Shown here: positions 29,509-38,912 of the stretch, in pieces
Layout: every line of letters begins with the position of its first letter
Numbering within the stretch: the first letter of the stretch is position 1
DNA from: Clostridia bacterium
GTDB taxonomy: Bacteria > Bacillota > Clostridia > Oscillospirales > SIG627
Direction of reading: 5' to 3'
Assembly: GCA_017517325.1 (NCBI GenBank)
Contig: JAFWZW010000013.1
Location: forward strand, 23,497 to 87,496
Length of the DNA stretch: 64,000 nt
Made by a program: the position numbers and the translations under genes
Notes under the pieces: model-generated
Told to the model about the DNA's origin: nothing
Databases searched by the model: none
The model's input: only the letters and a program-made list of their open reading frames with translations

Positions 29509-29853
29509 ATGAAGAAGCAAAGAAAAGGCGAGAATTATCTGGATAAAAAGCCCCGCCGTAAGGAAGGACTTGGCTGGAGCACCGATGAAAAGGGGATCGT
29601 CACGCTGGAGATCCAAAACCGCGGCTTCTTTAACCGTCTCTTTCAGCTTCTGCTGAAAAAGCCTAAGGTCAGTTTCGTTCATCTGGACGAAATGGGAAGC
29701 TTCCTTTGGCCAAGGCTTGACGGTGAAAAAGATCTGGTAGCGTTGGGGGAAGAGGTGAAGGTGCAGTTTGGCGAAAAGGCGGAGCCCCTCTATGAGCGCC
29801 TTGCCAAATACGTTCAGATTCTTCACAGTTATGGCTTTGTAAATTTCAACTGA
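29509..29853 (+). CDS. PqqD-family (RRE-like) small protein
   Basis: Starts 1 nt after the OPT stop. ..VHLDEMGSFLWPRLDGEKDLVALGEEV..EPLYERLAKYVQILHSYGFV resembles the PqqD winged-helix family. Confidence 0.5.
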   Translation: MKKQRKGENYLDKKPRRKEGLGWSTDEKGIVTLEIQNRGFFNRLFQLLLKKPKVSFVHLDEMGSFLWPRLDGEKDLVALGEEVKVQFGEKAEPLYERLAKYVQILHSYGFVNFN

Positions 29854-29854
29854 T

Positions 29855-29883
29855 AAAAGGATGACTTCGGTCATCCTTTTTTT
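29855..29883 (+). terminator. rho-independent terminator
   Basis: AAAAGGATGAC-TTCG-GTCATCCTTTT followed by a T-run. Confidence 0.8.
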
Positions 29884-29931
29884 GCCTAAAAGCAAGGGGA
29901 TAAGACCTGAATTTTTTTGTGATTTTTGCCG

Positions 29932-29960
29932 TTGACTTCCACCTCTGTCGGGTGTATAAT
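29932..29960 (+). promoter_or_regulatory. sigma-A-type promoter
   Basis: TTGACT (29932-29937), 17-nt spacer, TATAAT (29955-29960). Confidence 0.55.
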
Positions 29961-30003
29961 AACCCGCGGAAAAAGTTTCATATCAAATAAAGAAGGTGAA
30001 CCC

Positions 30004-31299
30004 TTGAATACACTCCTTACAACCTCTGTTGCGCTTCTTGCAGGTCTTATGATGACCCGTCTGTTTAAGCGCTTCCGTCTCCCTGCGGTGACCGCTTATC
30101 TCATTGCGGGCGTGCTCATCGGTCCGTACTGCATCGGTGCATTGGGGATCAACGGTTTGGGCTTTGCTTCCATGGAAGCTGTTGCTTCTCTTTCCGTTGT
30201 TTCCGAGGTAGCACTTGGCTTTATTGCCTTTTCCATCGGCAACGAATTTCGCTTGAATGAATTGAAGCAAACGGGGAAACAAGCCCTGGTGGTCGGTGTC
30301 GTGCAGGCGCTGGTCGCGATGCTTTTGGTTGACGTGGCCTTGATCCTTGTGCATCTTGCCATGCCCGATCATTTTACGATGTCTCAGGCATTGACCTTGG
30401 GTGCCATTGCCACTGCAACGGCTCCTGCAGCCACCCTGATGGTGGTGCGTCAGTATAAGGCGAACGGCCCCTTGACCCGCTTGCTTTTGCCTATCGTAGC
30501 GCTGGATGACGCAGTTGGGCTCGTAGCCTTTGCCGTTTCCTTCGGCATTGCAAAAACTCTGGTGGCAGGGAAGGCGGATCTGGTTTCCATTCTGGTCAAT
30601 CCCCTTGTGGAGATCGCTGCTTCTCTCCTTTTAGGTGCGGTGATGGGCTGGGTACTGACTCAGTTGGAAAAGCTGTTCAACTCCAATACCAACCGTTTGA
30701 ATCTTACCATCGGCGTGGTCTTTTTAGCGGCATCCCTTTCTATGCTTGAATTTGAGATCGGCCCCGTCCACGTTCACTTTTCCTCTCTTCTCGTTTGTAT
30801 GATGCTGGGAACGGTATTTTGCAATACCTGCCCCCTTTCCCACGATCTGATGGCCGCATCGGATAAGTGGACCTCTCCCTTGTTTGCCCTGTTTTTCGTG
30901 ATCAGCGGCGCGGAATTGGAGCTCGGGGTATTTGGGGATCTTGCCATCGTTCTCATCGGTGTGGTGTATATCGTTTTCCGTTCTTTGGGTAAATATTTCG
31001 GTGCGGCGCTCAGCGCCAAGGCGACCCGCTGTTCTCCTGAGATTTGCAAATATTTGGGTATCACCCTTCTTCCGCAGGCAGGGGTGGCGCTGGGTATGTG
31101 TACCACTGCTATGCAGCTTGGGGAACAGGGGAATCTGATCCGCAATATCACCCTTTTCGCCGTTCTGATCTACGAGCTCTTCGGCCCCGTCTTTACCCGT
31201 ATGGCACTTACCGCCGCAGGGGAGATCAAGCCTATGGGGGATGACGTGAAAAACCGCCGTCTCAATAAACTGCAGGCGGCAGAGAATAATAAGAAATAA
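30004..31299 (+). CDS. cation:proton antiporter (CPA2-type Na+/H+ or K+/H+ exchanger)
   Basis: RLPAVTAYLIAGVLIGPY typical N-terminus, 12-13 TM helices. In-frame TTG 30004 follows GAAGGTG. The ORF track starts at 29926. Confidence 0.75.
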   Translation: MNTLLTTSVALLAGLMMTRLFKRFRLPAVTAYLIAGVLIGPYCIGALGINGLGFASMEAVASLSVVSEVALGFIAFSIGNEFRLNELKQTGKQALVVGVVQALVAMLLVDVALILVHLAMPDHFTMSQALTLGAIATATAPAATLMVVRQYKANGPLTRLLLPIVALDDAVGLVAFAVSFGIAKTLVAGKADLVSILVNPLVEIAASLLLGAVMGWVLTQLEKLFNSNTNRLNLTIGVVFLAASLSMLEFEIGPVHVHFSSLLVCMMLGTVFCNTCPLSHDLMAASDKWTSPLFALFFVISGAELELGVFGDLAIVLIGVVYIVFRSLGKYFGAALSAKATRCSPEICKYLGITLLPQAGVALGMCTTAMQLGEQGNLIRNITLFAVLIYELFGPVFTRMALTAAGEIKPMGDDVKNRRLNKLQAAENNKK

Positions 31300-31311
31300 A
31301 GGCTGGAGCAA

Positions 31312-32598
31312 ATGAAAAACTTTTACTTGATGCCAAAATTCTTCACCATCCTGAAAACCTATAAAAAGGATCAGCTGGTGAAAGATCTGATCGCAGGCGT
31401 GATCGTTGCTATCATAGCCCTGCCCCTTTCCATTGCATTGGCGCTGGCAAGCGGCGTTGAGCCTGCCGCAGGTGTCTATACCGCCATTACCGCGGGCTTT
31501 GCCGTTTCTCTTCTTGGCGGAAGCCGCGTGCAGATCGCAGGGCCCACCGCCGCTTTTGCTTCCATTGTAGCAGGGGTGGTTGCCACCCGCGGTATGGAAG
31601 GGTTGATCCTTGCTACCCTGATGGCAGGTATCATTCTGGTGCTTTTAGGCGTGTTGAAGCTGGGCGGTCTGATCAGATTCATTCCCGCAACCATTACCGT
31701 AGGCTTTACTTCCGGTATCGCCGTTACCATTCTCTTGGGGCAGATCAAGGATTTTCTTGGGCTGACCTACGGGGCAGGGGTCAAGCCGGTGGAGACCATC
31801 GAGAAAATGGAAGCCAATATCGCCTCCCTCTCTACCTTTTCCTGGCAGGCATTTCTGGTAGGTGCCCTTTCCCTTGCCATTCTCATTTTGTATCCCAGGT
31901 TTGAAAAACGCATTCCCCCCTCTCTCATTGCCGTGGTGGTGGGTGCCTTAGCGGTGAAATTCATTCCCGCTTTGGATGTGGGTGTGTTTACCATCGGTGA
32001 ACTGTATGAGATCCCCACAGGCCTTCCCGCCTTTACCTTGGGCTCCGTTTCCTTTCATATGGATAGCATTCTGGCAGCCCTTCCCGATGCGGTCACCATT
32101 GCGGTGCTTGCCGCCATCGAATCCCTTCTTTCCTGCGTGGTTGCCGATACGATGGTCAATTCCAAGCACAACCCCAATGCGGAGTTGGTGGCGCAGGGGG
32201 TGGGCAATATGTTCTCCGTAATGTTTGGCGGTATTCCTGCCACCGGTGCCATCGCCCGTACCGCCGCCAATGCCAAGAATGGGGGCAGAACCCCCGTTGC
32301 AGGTATGGTTCACGCTTTGGTGCTTCTTTTGGTACTGGTTTTCCTGATGCCTTTGGCAAAGCTGATCCCTATGCCCACCATTGCCGCCATTCTCTTTATG
32401 GTGGCCTATAATATGAGCGAGTGGAAAAAGTTCGTTTTGATGTGCAAAACGGAAAAGTGGACCGGCATTACGGTGCTGGTGCTTACCTTCCTTCTCACCG
32501 TGATCAAGGATCTGGTGGTTGCCATTGCCGTAGGTCTGGTTTTGTCCTTCCTTTTCTACCTTGCAGAAAAAATAAAAGTGAAGAAAAAAGCAAATTAA
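31312..32598 (+). CDS. SulP-family anion transporter, short form without a STAS domain
   Basis: DLIAGVIVAIIALPLSIALALASGV and GGIPATGAIARTAAN motifs. Only 428 aa, with no room for a STAS domain before the next gene. Confidence 0.75.
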   Translation: MKNFYLMPKFFTILKTYKKDQLVKDLIAGVIVAIIALPLSIALALASGVEPAAGVYTAITAGFAVSLLGGSRVQIAGPTAAFASIVAGVVATRGMEGLILATLMAGIILVLLGVLKLGGLIRFIPATITVGFTSGIAVTILLGQIKDFLGLTYGAGVKPVETIEKMEANIASLSTFSWQAFLVGALSLAILILYPRFEKRIPPSLIAVVVGALAVKFIPALDVGVFTIGELYEIPTGLPAFTLGSVSFHMDSILAALPDAVTIAVLAAIESLLSCVVADTMVNSKHNPNAELVAQGVGNMFSVMFGGIPATGAIARTAANAKNGGRTPVAGMVHALVLLLVLVFLMPLAKLIPMPTIAAILFMVAYNMSEWKKFVLMCKTEKWTGITVLVLTFLLTVIKDLVVAIAVGLVLSFLFYLAEKIKVKKKAN

Positions 32599-32644
32599 AC
32601 AGAATCCGTATAGGGCAACCAAAATAAAAAACAGGAGCATGCCT

Positions 32645-33577
32645 ATGAAGATCGTTACCCTTACCTTGAATCCCGCCTTTGATACCCACGTAAGTCTTGA
32701 CAGCCTCGTGTTGCATCACGAAAATTTTGCCACCGTTTTATCCACCGATGCAGGTGGAAAAGGGGTCAATATTTCCCGCGCCCTCACCGCCAACGGAGAA
32801 GAAAATCTGGCCGTGATCATCACAGGTGCAGAAAATGAGAGCGCCTTCATCCAAAAACTGAAGGAGGACGGGCTTTCCTGTTCCACCGTTTCCGTTCCGG
32901 GCAGGATCCGAGAAAATATGACCGTTCACGAAAAAAGCGGCAAAGAGACCCGTATCAGTTTTGACGGCTTTTCCTGCGAAAAAAAGGTTTTGGATCGCGT
33001 GGGTGACGCCGTAGGTCAGGTGGATGAAAACACCACCGTCACCTTAACGGGCAGTAACCCCGTAGGCTTTTCCGTGAGCGACGTAACGGAGCTTCTGAGA
33101 GCCTGGAAAGAGAAAGGTGCTAAGATCGTCATTGATTCCCGCTCCTTTACCCCCGCTGATCTTGTAGCCTTCGGTCCATGGCTTATTAAGCCCAACAAAT
33201 CCGAAGCGGCCGCTTTTGCGGGTCACGATGTCAGAAACGTGGAGGATGCCGCCAAAACCGCTTTGGCCTTCCACCAAAAAGGGGTGGAAAACGTGCTCAT
33301 CAGCCTTGGACCGGAAGGCGCCGTTTTAGCGTGTAAAGAGGGGCTGCTCTATGCAACCGCACCGGATATTCCCGTTATCAGCACCATCGGTGCAGGGGAC
33401 AGTATGATCGCGGGCTTCGTTTCCGCCGCTTCCCACGGACTTTGCGTGGAGGATACCCTGATCCGCGCAGTTGCCTTCGGAACGGCCGCCTGCATTCAAA
33501 ACGGAACCCGCCCACCGCTCCCCCGTGACGTTCAAAAGATCCAAAAGCAAATTCAGGTTACAAAGCTTTCTCTGTAA
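32645..33577 (+). CDS. 1-phosphofructokinase-family hexose-phosphate kinase (PfkB family)
   Basis: TLTLNPAFD..GGKGVNISR..IKPNKSEA..GAGDSMIAGF. ATG 32645 is better spaced from the GGAG RBS than ATG 32639. Confidence 0.8.
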   Translation: MKIVTLTLNPAFDTHVSLDSLVLHHENFATVLSTDAGGKGVNISRALTANGEENLAVIITGAENESAFIQKLKEDGLSCSTVSVPGRIRENMTVHEKSGKETRISFDGFSCEKKVLDRVGDAVGQVDENTTVTLTGSNPVGFSVSDVTELLRAWKEKGAKIVIDSRSFTPADLVAFGPWLIKPNKSEAAAFAGHDVRNVEDAAKTALAFHQKGVENVLISLGPEGAVLACKEGLLYATAPDIPVISTIGAGDSMIAGFVSAASHGLCVEDTLIRAVAFGTAACIQNGTRPPLPRDVQKIQKQIQVTKLSL

Positions 33578-33586
33578 AAACCGGAT

Positions 33587-33630
33587 AAAAAAGAGAAGAT
33601 TCGCTAAAAAACGAATCTTCTCTTTTTTTT
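33587..33630. terminator. bidirectional terminator between convergent genes
   Basis: AGAGAAGATTCG (33592-33603) / CGAATCTTCTCT (33612-33623), with a flanking A-run and T8. Confidence 0.8.
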
Positions 33631-33637
33631 GCTTCTA

Positions 33638-35593
33638 TTAAAATTCGGTGCCGGGCTGAAGAACGATCTTCGTGGGCTTCTTCACCGTAGCAATGAGAGA
33701 TTTGCCTGCATTGTGCTGATCGTAATAACGCTCAATGGCAATTTCGTTCTTTCCAAATTCGTAAAGGAAGTCGTATGCCATCTTGTAAGCCAGGCTCTCG
33801 TGACCTACGCAACGCTCCTTCATAAAGCCGGCGAAGCCTTCGAAAAAGTCGGCGGCGTAGCCCAAAAGTCTCCATGAAACGGTCTGAGGACGGGTGGGCA
33901 TCTTCATATGATCCTTCAGCATATCGCGGAGCTGCTGTGCGTATTCACGTACGCTCTCAAAGCTTTCTGCTCTTGCGGGATCGTGGAAGTTGGAAATGGA
34001 GGCGTCGGTGGTGGCTTCGCCGGAAATAAAGGCAAAGTCAAAGGCATGGCTGATCTTTTTCAGGCAAACGGAAACGTGCTTCCAATCCTCACCGTAAACG
34101 TGAGAGAAATAGTCCTCAACCAGCTCTTCCCAAGTGATCTCGCGGTTCAGAAGGGTCTCTGCGTATACGTAAATGGCAAAGCCGTTGGGGAAGAAGCTTC
34201 TCTGGGAGCCATCCTCCACGAAGCCGTCAAGCCCCATATATTTCAGGCCGCGGATGTCTTCGTAGATCCTGCGGGCAATGTAAAGACCGGTGGGATCCTT
34301 ATACTGATGCTTCCAGAAGTGATATTCGTAGGAGAAGCAGGGCCCCTTCCAATCCTTCTGCCAAGCCTTGAGGAAGGCGAGGTTTTCTTCTGCACCTCTG
34401 GGCAGCTCCCACTGGTTTCTCTTGTAAGCGGGTGCTTCGGGGGTCACGGTATTCTCGTCCACGCTTTCGGTGTACTTACGGGTAATAGGGGCGTACAGCA
34501 GGGAGAAGCGCTGGGGATTTGCAATTCGGATCTGTTCGGCGGGGAAGAGGGTATCGTAATAAGCGATGAATACGATTCTGGTCTTAAGCCCCTTTGCGGT
34601 GAGCTTTTCATCCAGCTCGTTCATGATCATCAGGTAGTAGTCGCTGGGAAGAGCCTTTTTGCACTCTTCGCATTCACAATGGTTGTGATGCCCGTCAGCC
34701 AGCCAAACGTGCAGATAGGTAACGTTGGCGTGCTTTTCTGCATACTCCACGATGCTGTCTGCCATAATGGAGCGCACGGTGGGGTTGGACATACAAAGGT
34801 TGGTGTTCAGGGGAACGCCGCGGTAGGTATCTCTCACGCCGTCAAGCTGAGCCAGATAGCTTCTCTGCAGGTCGGTGAGCTCCACGGTGCTTTTGGCCCA
34901 ACCGTCGGTGGAGGAAATGCCGTAGGGCTCTGCGGTCCAGCCGTGGCCCATATCGTGGAACTGAAGGCCGCGCTTTGCAATTTCAGCCTCGCACTGGCGC
35001 TTCCACTGCATTACCTGCTCGTAGGTAACGGGCTCGGGGGGACGGTTCTTATCGTTGTGCTTGTGGGAGTAATAGGAGTTGTAATAGGTGTAGGGGTTAT
35101 CAAACTCGATCATATAAACGTTGATTTCCTGCTTGGCATAGAAATCAATGGTCTCCAGCATACAATCCTGACTTTCGGCACCCTCGTTGCAGTGACCGCG
35201 GAAGCGGTGATCTGCCATTTTGTGGTACTGTGTGGGGGCAATATCCTTGGTGGGAATATGCTCGCCGTCAACTCCGGGGTAGAGCCAGCGGCACCCGTTG
35301 AGGCGCAGAAAACGGTATACGGCGTAGAGAATGCTTCTGGTGTTGGAGCCTGCAAGAATGCCGCCTTCCTCAGTGGTATCGATGTGAACCACGTCGTCCA
35401 GCACCGGGTCCTCTGCTTCGTTTTTGAGCCCGAAATCCTCAAGCAAGCCAAGGCGGAATCCGTCCTTTGCTTCCGGATCAAAAAGGATCTCAATATCTGC
35501 CGTTTGGGGCATCATCATTCTCAGGTACTTTTTCAACTCTTCTGCTGCGAATACGATCACGTGATCGAAACGCATCATCTTGATTTTCAGCAT
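33638..35593 (-). CDS. DUF4838-like putative glycoside hydrolase (cytoplasmic)
   Basis: 651 aa, GGAGG RBS, no signal peptide. N-terminus IVFAAEELKKYLRMM.. and overall layout recalled from DUF4838/GH20-like proteins. Family call made from memory only. Confidence 0.4.
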   Translation of the reverse strand: MLKIKMMRFDHVIVFAAEELKKYLRMMMPQTADIEILFDPEAKDGFRLGLLEDFGLKNEAEDPVLDDVVHIDTTEEGGILAGSNTRSILYAVYRFLRLNGCRWLYPGVDGEHIPTKDIAPTQYHKMADHRFRGHCNEGAESQDCMLETIDFYAKQEINVYMIEFDNPYTYYNSYYSHKHNDKNRPPEPVTYEQVMQWKRQCEAEIAKRGLQFHDMGHGWTAEPYGISSTDGWAKSTVELTDLQRSYLAQLDGVRDTYRGVPLNTNLCMSNPTVRSIMADSIVEYAEKHANVTYLHVWLADGHHNHCECEECKKALPSDYYLMIMNELDEKLTAKGLKTRIVFIAYYDTLFPAEQIRIANPQRFSLLYAPITRKYTESVDENTVTPEAPAYKRNQWELPRGAEENLAFLKAWQKDWKGPCFSYEYHFWKHQYKDPTGLYIARRIYEDIRGLKYMGLDGFVEDGSQRSFFPNGFAIYVYAETLLNREITWEELVEDYFSHVYGEDWKHVSVCLKKISHAFDFAFISGEATTDASISNFHDPARAESFESVREYAQQLRDMLKDHMKMPTRPQTVSWRLLGYAADFFEGFAGFMKERCVGHESLAYKMAYDFLYEFGKNEIAIERYYDQHNAGKSLIATVKKPTKIVLQPGTEF

Positions 35594-35834
35594 TGTTTGC
35601 CTCCAATGTCAAATTATAGTAAATTAACTATAGCACAAAACCAAAGGGAGCGCAAGGCTTTTTTTCTGAACAAAACACCGATTTCTTTTGTAAATAAAGA
35701 TAAAACATCTCTGGGAGTTTGCCTCGGGTCGAAATCTTTTTTCACCAAATGTCCTTGGGAAAAATAAGCCTTTTCTTCCTTTCCGTTTTGTGATACAATA
35801 TTTTCCGTAAAATTATGATGCAGTGAGGTTTCAA

Positions 35835-36353
35835 ATGATCGTTTTAATTGCCGGAGCTTCCCACGTGGGCAAAACGGTGCTTGCCCAAAGGCTGCTTGAA
35901 TCGTACGGATATCCGTATCTCTCTATCGATCACCTGAAAATGGGTTTGATTCGTAGCGGTAATACAGAACTTACTCCTATGGATGATAATGAATTAACCG
36001 AATACTTATGGCCGATTGTTCGTGAAATGATAAAAACTGCTATTGAGAATAAGCAGAACTTAATTGTCGAAGGGTGCTATATCCCCTTCGATTGGGCGAA
36101 GGATTTTGAAAGGGACTATCTTGAAAGCATCCGGTATTACTGCCTTGTGATGAGCGAAGCCTATATTAAAAATCACTTTGCTGATATCAAAAAATATGCA
36201 AGTGCCGTTGAAGCACGCTCGGACGATGAATGGTGCACCCTTGAGAGCGTGCTTAAAGATAACGCCGAAGTCTTGGCCCTTGCACAAGAGCACGGAGTCA
36301 ATTACGTTCTCATTGACGACAAATACGAGATCAATATCGATCTGCGGGGATAA
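35835..36353 (+). CDS. P-loop kinase-like ATPase (2-phosphoglycerate-kinase/zeta-toxin-like fold)
   Basis: Walker A motif IAGASHVGKT at the N-terminus. 172 aa. GTGAGG RBS. Confidence 0.6.
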   Translation: MIVLIAGASHVGKTVLAQRLLESYGYPYLSIDHLKMGLIRSGNTELTPMDDNELTEYLWPIVREMIKTAIENKQNLIVEGCYIPFDWAKDFERDYLESIRYYCLVMSEAYIKNHFADIKKYASAVEARSDDEWCTLESVLKDNAEVLALAQEHGVNYVLIDDKYEINIDLRG

Positions 36354-36357
36354 GAAT

Positions 36358-37086
36358 ATGGCTATGTGGAATCCGTGGCGAGGGTGCAAAAAATGCAGTG
36401 AAGGCTGCCTGCATTGCTATATACACAGGGGCGATGCCAAACGAGGCGTTGATACAAGCCGCATCGTCAAAACAAAAGATTTTCTAAAGCCTGTTGAGAG
36501 ACTGAAAAACGGCAATTACAAAATGAAAGCAGGGATGGTGTATCTTTGCTTTTCCACCGATTTTCTCATTGAGGAAGCGGATCCTTGGCGCAAAGAGTGC
36601 TGGCAGATGATCAGAGAACGCGGGGATTGCACCTTCCTTTTCCTTACAAAACGTATTGACCGATTTATGGATTGCATCCCCGAGGATTGGGGCGCTGGCT
36701 ACGAAAACGTAGTGGTTTGCTGTACCGTGGAAAACCAAAGGAACGCCGATCATAAGCTGGGTATATTTTCAAAGCTCCCCATCAAGCACAAATGTATTAC
36801 CGCACAGCCCCTGCTTGAAAAAATATATATCGAACCGTATCTTGATGGTGTTGAGCTTGTGGTTGTGGGTGGTGAATCGGATGTGGACGCAAGACCCTTT
36901 GATTACGCTTGGGCACTTGATATCAGAGAACAATGTATCCGAAAAAACGTATCCTTCGAATTCAGACAATGCGGAACCAATTTCATCAAAGACGGCAAGG
37001 AATACAAATTGCAAACCAAAGACCTGTGCCCGCAAGCAAGAAAAGCGGGAATCGATTTTAAGGCGAAGATAGAACGTTTCGATTGA
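36358..37086 (+). CDS. DUF5131 (phage Gp37/Gp68-family) protein
   Basis: MAMWNPWRGCKKCSEGCLHCY N-terminal Cys cluster and ..VVGGESD..ARP....W...IREQC are hallmark features. Starts 4 nt after the kinase stop. Confidence 0.75.
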   Translation: MAMWNPWRGCKKCSEGCLHCYIHRGDAKRGVDTSRIVKTKDFLKPVERLKNGNYKMKAGMVYLCFSTDFLIEEADPWRKECWQMIRERGDCTFLFLTKRIDRFMDCIPEDWGAGYENVVVCCTVENQRNADHKLGIFSKLPIKHKCITAQPLLEKIYIEPYLDGVELVVVGGESDVDARPFDYAWALDIREQCIRKNVSFEFRQCGTNFIKDGKEYKLQTKDLCPQARKAGIDFKAKIERFD

Positions 37087-37152
37087 CAGCAACAGCGAGT
37101 TGCTTGTTTACGATTATGGATCGCAGTATAATGTGTGCGAGGTGATAATTTT

Positions 37153-37917
37153 ATGGAAACGAAAGACGTGATTCTCGAATTGAGAACGAAAAAAGGAATG
37201 TCGCAGGAAGAACTTGCGGAAAAGGTGTTCGTGACCCGTCAGGCAGTTTCCCGTTGGGAAAACGGTGAAACTACGCCGAATACCGAAACGTTAAAGTTGT
37301 TATCAAAGCTTTTTGATGTATCCATCAACACACTTCTCGGTGCTCCTCAAAAGCTGATTTGTCAATGCTGCGGTATGCCTCTTGAAGACTCTAATATCAG
37401 TCGCGAAAAAGACGGCTTTTTCAACGAAGAATACTGTAAATGGTGTTATGCCGACGGCGAATATATGTATAGCGATATGGACGATCTGATCGAGGTTTGC
37501 GTCAAGAATATGATCAGCGAAGAGCATTCGGAAGAGGAGATCCGTTCGTATCTGAAGGCGACTCTGCCAAAGTTGGATTATTGGAGACAGTACGATTCGC
37601 TTGGCGGCAACGGCGCTTTTGAAGAATTTAAGAAAATTCTGATTGAAGAAATAAACGCTCTCAATATTGAAGGTATGCCGAAGCTTACCGGGCTTAACGC
37701 CCTTGTGGGCAGTTATATCAATCTTGAATACAGGCTTCCGAGCGGAAGAACCGTGAAGTTTCTTGATGATAACATTACTTATCTGGGCAATCAGCTTGCA
37801 AGCGAATACGGTGGAAACAGATGCTTCGGTATTGCTGCCAATATGGAATTTATCCTGATCTGCACCTATGAAGAAAACGGTGAAAATCCGGAGCTTGTCG
37901 TTTATAAGAAAAGATAA
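37153..37917 (+). CDS. XRE-family HTH regulator fused to a zinc-ribbon and a C-terminal domain
   Basis: MSQEELAEKVFVTRQAVSRWENGETTPN HTH, then CQCCGMPL..EYCKWCY (4-Cys ribbon). GAGGTGA RBS. Confidence 0.75.
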   Translation: METKDVILELRTKKGMSQEELAEKVFVTRQAVSRWENGETTPNTETLKLLSKLFDVSINTLLGAPQKLICQCCGMPLEDSNISREKDGFFNEEYCKWCYADGEYMYSDMDDLIEVCVKNMISEEHSEEEIRSYLKATLPKLDYWRQYDSLGGNGAFEEFKKILIEEINALNIEGMPKLTGLNALVGSYINLEYRLPSGRTVKFLDDNITYLGNQLASEYGGNRCFGIAANMEFILICTYEENGENPELVVYKKR

Positions 37918-37925
37918 AAGAATAA

Positions 37926-37960
37926 CCGCTGAGATGGATTCTCCACCTCAGCGGCGTTTT
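37926..37960 (+). terminator. hairpin terminator
   Basis: CCGCTGAG (37926-37933) / CTCAGCGG (37947-37954), followed by CGTTTT. Confidence 0.55.
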
Positions 37961-37964
37961 ACGT

Positions 37965-38618
37965 TTATCGGACTACCGAAGAATGACTGTAGATGTAGAA
38001 TTCCTCCTGGCTCGGCATCCACTTCTTTTCCTTTTGCGGAAAAGCAGAGTCGAATGCTTCCACTGCGGCGGTGTCCTCGCAGCAATCGGCGGCGGTAGAG
38101 GGGATATATTTCCACTTTCTGCCGTCAAGTGCACCGGGAACCAGCTCGCAAACAAGAAGTGCGGTGGGGAAGTTGCCGTCCGCGATGAAACTGACGTTCT
38201 TCTTCTTGCAGCTTACAAACCCTCGGCTGACGTAGTTACCCGGATTGCCGAAGTTAACGTTCACGTCGTACCCCATCTTTTTTGCAACCTCAAAGGAATG
38301 CTCAATGAGAATTTTCCCCAGCTTCTGCCTTTGGTATTCAGGCGCAACGCAAAGCGGCCCAAAGGAGAGAATTTCCTTGCGCTCACCATTCTCATCCTCA
38401 AGCCAAGCTTTGGTGTACATAATGTTGCCGATGATCTTGCCCTCGTATTCGAGTACGAATGCGAGCGCTGGGATGAAGTCGGGGTGCTTTCGCATCCGAT
38501 GCACAAAGTAATGCTCGTCTGCGCCGGGCTTATAGACGTTCCAAAACGCCTCGCGGGTAAGCTCTTCTACTGCTCTGTAGTCTTTTTCTGTTTCTAAACG
38601 TATCGTCAAATTTTCCAT
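37965..38618 (-). CDS. GNAT-family N-acetyltransferase
   Basis: Acetyl-CoA motif A is visible in LCVAPEYQRQKLGKILIEHS. 217 aa. Confidence 0.8.
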   Translation of the reverse strand: MENLTIRLETEKDYRAVEELTREAFWNVYKPGADEHYFVHRMRKHPDFIPALAFVLEYEGKIIGNIMYTKAWLEDENGERKEILSFGPLCVAPEYQRQKLGKILIEHSFEVAKKMGYDVNVNFGNPGNYVSRGFVSCKKKNVSFIADGNFPTALLVCELVPGALDGRKWKYIPSTAADCCEDTAAVEAFDSAFPQKEKKWMPSQEEFYIYSHSSVVR

Positions 38619-38912
38619 TGTTTGATCCTTTCATAAGTTGTTGACGCTCAAGCTACGAGAGGATTGCGGAGAATGTATTTGCAAACCTCCCGTTCACAAT
38701 ACAATTTTCCAAAGGTTGGTGTTTTTCAAAAAGCACACTCCGATAAAATTATTCAAGCAAAGCTTGTTAAAACATTATATCATAGATATTGTTGTTCTTC
38801 AAGTAACGAGCTTATTATTTTGCAGTAGAAAAAAGTGCAATGATGTGATATAATACCATTCGATCAATAAGAATTTACCGTGTGTCGGTTATATTCGGAA
38901 AGAGCAAACATT

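Noticed and set aside
31312-32598. SulP gene as a truncated pseudogene (no STAS domain)
   Set aside because: The ORF ends cleanly 46 nt before the next gene's start. No STAS-like remnant appears in any frame and there is no frameshift signature. I treated it as a naturally short SulP form, with moderate confidence.
33908-35767. 619-aa plus-strand ORF
   Set aside because: It is antisense to the 651-aa gene, which has a GGAGG RBS and a plausible enzyme-like sequence. The plus-strand product is Gly/Val-rich and has no start context.
35835-37086. Calling the DUF5131 (phage Gp37/Gp68) region a prophage or mobile element
   Set aside because: I saw no integrase, terminase, capsid, tail or att-like repeats anywhere in the window. 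A single phage-associated DUF is not enough.
37965-38618. GNAT plus neighbouring XRE regulator as a GNAT-type toxin-antitoxin pair
   Set aside because: The genes are convergent with separate terminators rather than co-transcribed. The regulator is much larger than known antitoxins, and the GNAT at 217 aa carries an extra C-terminal region.
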